From: Promethearchaeota archaeon
GTDB taxonomy: Archaea > Asgardarchaeota > Lokiarchaeia > Sigyniarchaeales > SOKP01
Assembly: GCA_019057795.1 (NCBI GenBank)
Contig: JAHLWS010000043.1
Coordinates: 1-64,000, forward strand
Direction: 5' to 3'
DNA: 64,000 nucleotides
How positions within the stretch are numbered: the stretch's first letter is position 1; each line of letters starts with the position of its first letter. Position numbers and translations under genes: made by a program. The notes under the pieces were generated by a model. The model was not told where the DNA came from and made no database searches. It worked only from the letters and a program-made list of their open reading frames with translations. Positions 62,809 through 64,000 of this stretch are shown here, piece after piece.

Positions 62809-63480
62809 TCACCCACCTAAAATTGATGCTCTTATCTTATAGTACTTCTCTGTATTGATTTTAAAAGAAACCTTTTTATTTTCTTTTTCGATTGTTACTA
62901 AATCCAGATTTTTTAATATTTCAAGATACTTTTTTATAGTATTATAATTCTTTTTTAATCCAGTTGCGATTTCAGTACTCTTTAATGTTTTATTTTCTGA
63001 AATCATAAAATCAATTATTTTTTGAACGATATCTTGTTTTAAATAAAAAAATAACAAATCATATTCTGGATTTGAATCATATTCAAAGATTATTTTTTGA
63101 TTAGCAATTTTTTTTGATCTAGTAAATCTAAATTTTTCTAAACAGGATAAATGCCATAGTGCTTGATTGCTTCCAATGTTAATGGCTCTCATTATTTCAT
63201 TAATATTTGATGGATTCTTCTTTATAAAATTATAAATTTCATTTCTTATGGGATGTTCAATAATATTGTTTTTCATTAATTTTGTTCCAGGAATTAAAAT
63301 TCTTTTTTTAATGAGATTTTTAATTATAAGCTCAATACTATTTTTATTTAGATAAGGGTTAGATTTTACTCTATTATTGATAAATACAACAATATCTTCT
63401 ATTGAAAAGAAAGGTTTCTTTTTTAAATATTCCCTTATTATATCACAAACAATAGATTGAAGGTTATCCGGAGAGCTCAT
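62809..63480 (-). CDS. multi-wHTH (ArsR-like) regulator
   Basis: RNEIYNFIKKNP...WHLSCLE; second HTH. Confidence 0.8.
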   Translation of the reverse strand: MSSPDNLQSIVCDIIREYLKKKPFFSIEDIVVFINNRVKSNPYLNKNSIELIIKNLIKKRILIPGTKLMKNNIIEHPIRNEIYNFIKKNPSNINEIMRAINIGSNQALWHLSCLEKFRFTRSKKIANQKIIFEYDSNPEYDLLFFYLKQDIVQKIIDFMISENKTLKSTEIATGLKKNYNTIKKYLEILKNLDLVTIEKENKKVSFKINTEKYYKIRASILGG

Positions 63481-63751
63481 AAGCTAAAATTTTTATTATG
63501 TTAAATGGTCTGAATTTATTAATCAAATCTTCTTTCTAAACAGTATTCTCACCAATATATATTAATAAATCGTCATTCAATTTATAAATATATGTTCTTA
63601 GGAACTCTACTTAATATATTATTTCGTTTACTTTTTAAAATTAATAAAACTTCAAAATCATTCCAATGGGTTTTTTAATATCATTTTAATATCATTTTAT
63701 TAAATTCTTAAAAAAAAAATAAAATAAAAAAAAAAAGATAAAGTGATTTGA

Positions 63752-64000
63752 ATGAGTTTTGACAACGATTTTGATGAGGAATTAGAACCAGTTAAATCTA
63801 AAACCCCATCAAGTAAAACACCCTCAACAGGCAGAAAGTTGACTTTATATTTCATGTCAACTATTGGTCCTGGTGAAAAGAAGGAAAAATTAACTGTGAA
63901 TGACGCTAATAATGTAAGTGACATTAAACGAACATTAGGAAATTTATATGGACTTGATCCTGAAGAATTTCACCTCTCATCCGGAGGAGTTACCATGGAT
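63752..64000 (+). CDS. ubiquitin-like paralog (runs off window end)
   Basis: MSFDNDFDEELEPVKSKTPSSKTPSTGRKLTLYFMSTIGPGEKKEKL...FHLSSGGVTMD. Confidence 0.88.
   Translation, partial: MSFDNDFDEELEPVKSKTPSSKTPSTGRKLTLYFMSTIGPGEKKEKLTVNDANNVSDIKRTLGNLYGLDPEEFHLSSGGVTMD

Noticed and set aside
1-64000. CRISPR array, rRNA, tRNA, transposase/integrase, selenoprotein UGA
   Set aside because: None recognised by eye; tRNAscan-SE, Infernal and CRISPR finders would be needed to exclude them fully

Overview
AT-rich archaeal chromosome segment, probably Asgard/Lokiarchaeia-like. This is inferred from Rab/Arf-like small GTPases, ubiquitin-like paralogs, LRR/TPR proteins, archaeal AlaRS, archaeal D-aminoacyl-tRNA deacylase and FtsZ. 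Layout: (1) 1-6 kb metabolic genes (NERD protein, D-aminoacylase, rubredoxin and its reductase). (2) About 6.5-20 kb very AT-rich defence-like island (cyclase-like gene, three HEPN-motif proteins, a nuclease/helical/SMC-ATPase triplet, a membrane effector, a REase-like protein). (3) 20-27 kb redox genes flanked by LAGLIDADG remnants, a DUF4062 pair and a GC-rich ncRNA candidate. (4) 27-52 kb housekeeping genes. (5) 52-64 kb cluster of ubiquitin-like genes containing a 7.4 kb insert bounded by a duplicated Ubl 3' end; the insert carries a five-gene operon with a possible split Dna2-like nuclease/helicase and a PRTase. Top finding: a 29-nt insertion at 23304-23332 breaks a 4Fe-4S protein gene. 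It sits in a bulge-helix-bulge-like structure whose predicted cuts exactly restore the reading frame and the Fe-S motif, making it a candidate tRNA-type (EndA-spliced) intron in an mRNA. No rRNA, tRNA, CRISPR array or integrase was recognised. All family calls come from reading motifs by eye, not from database searches.
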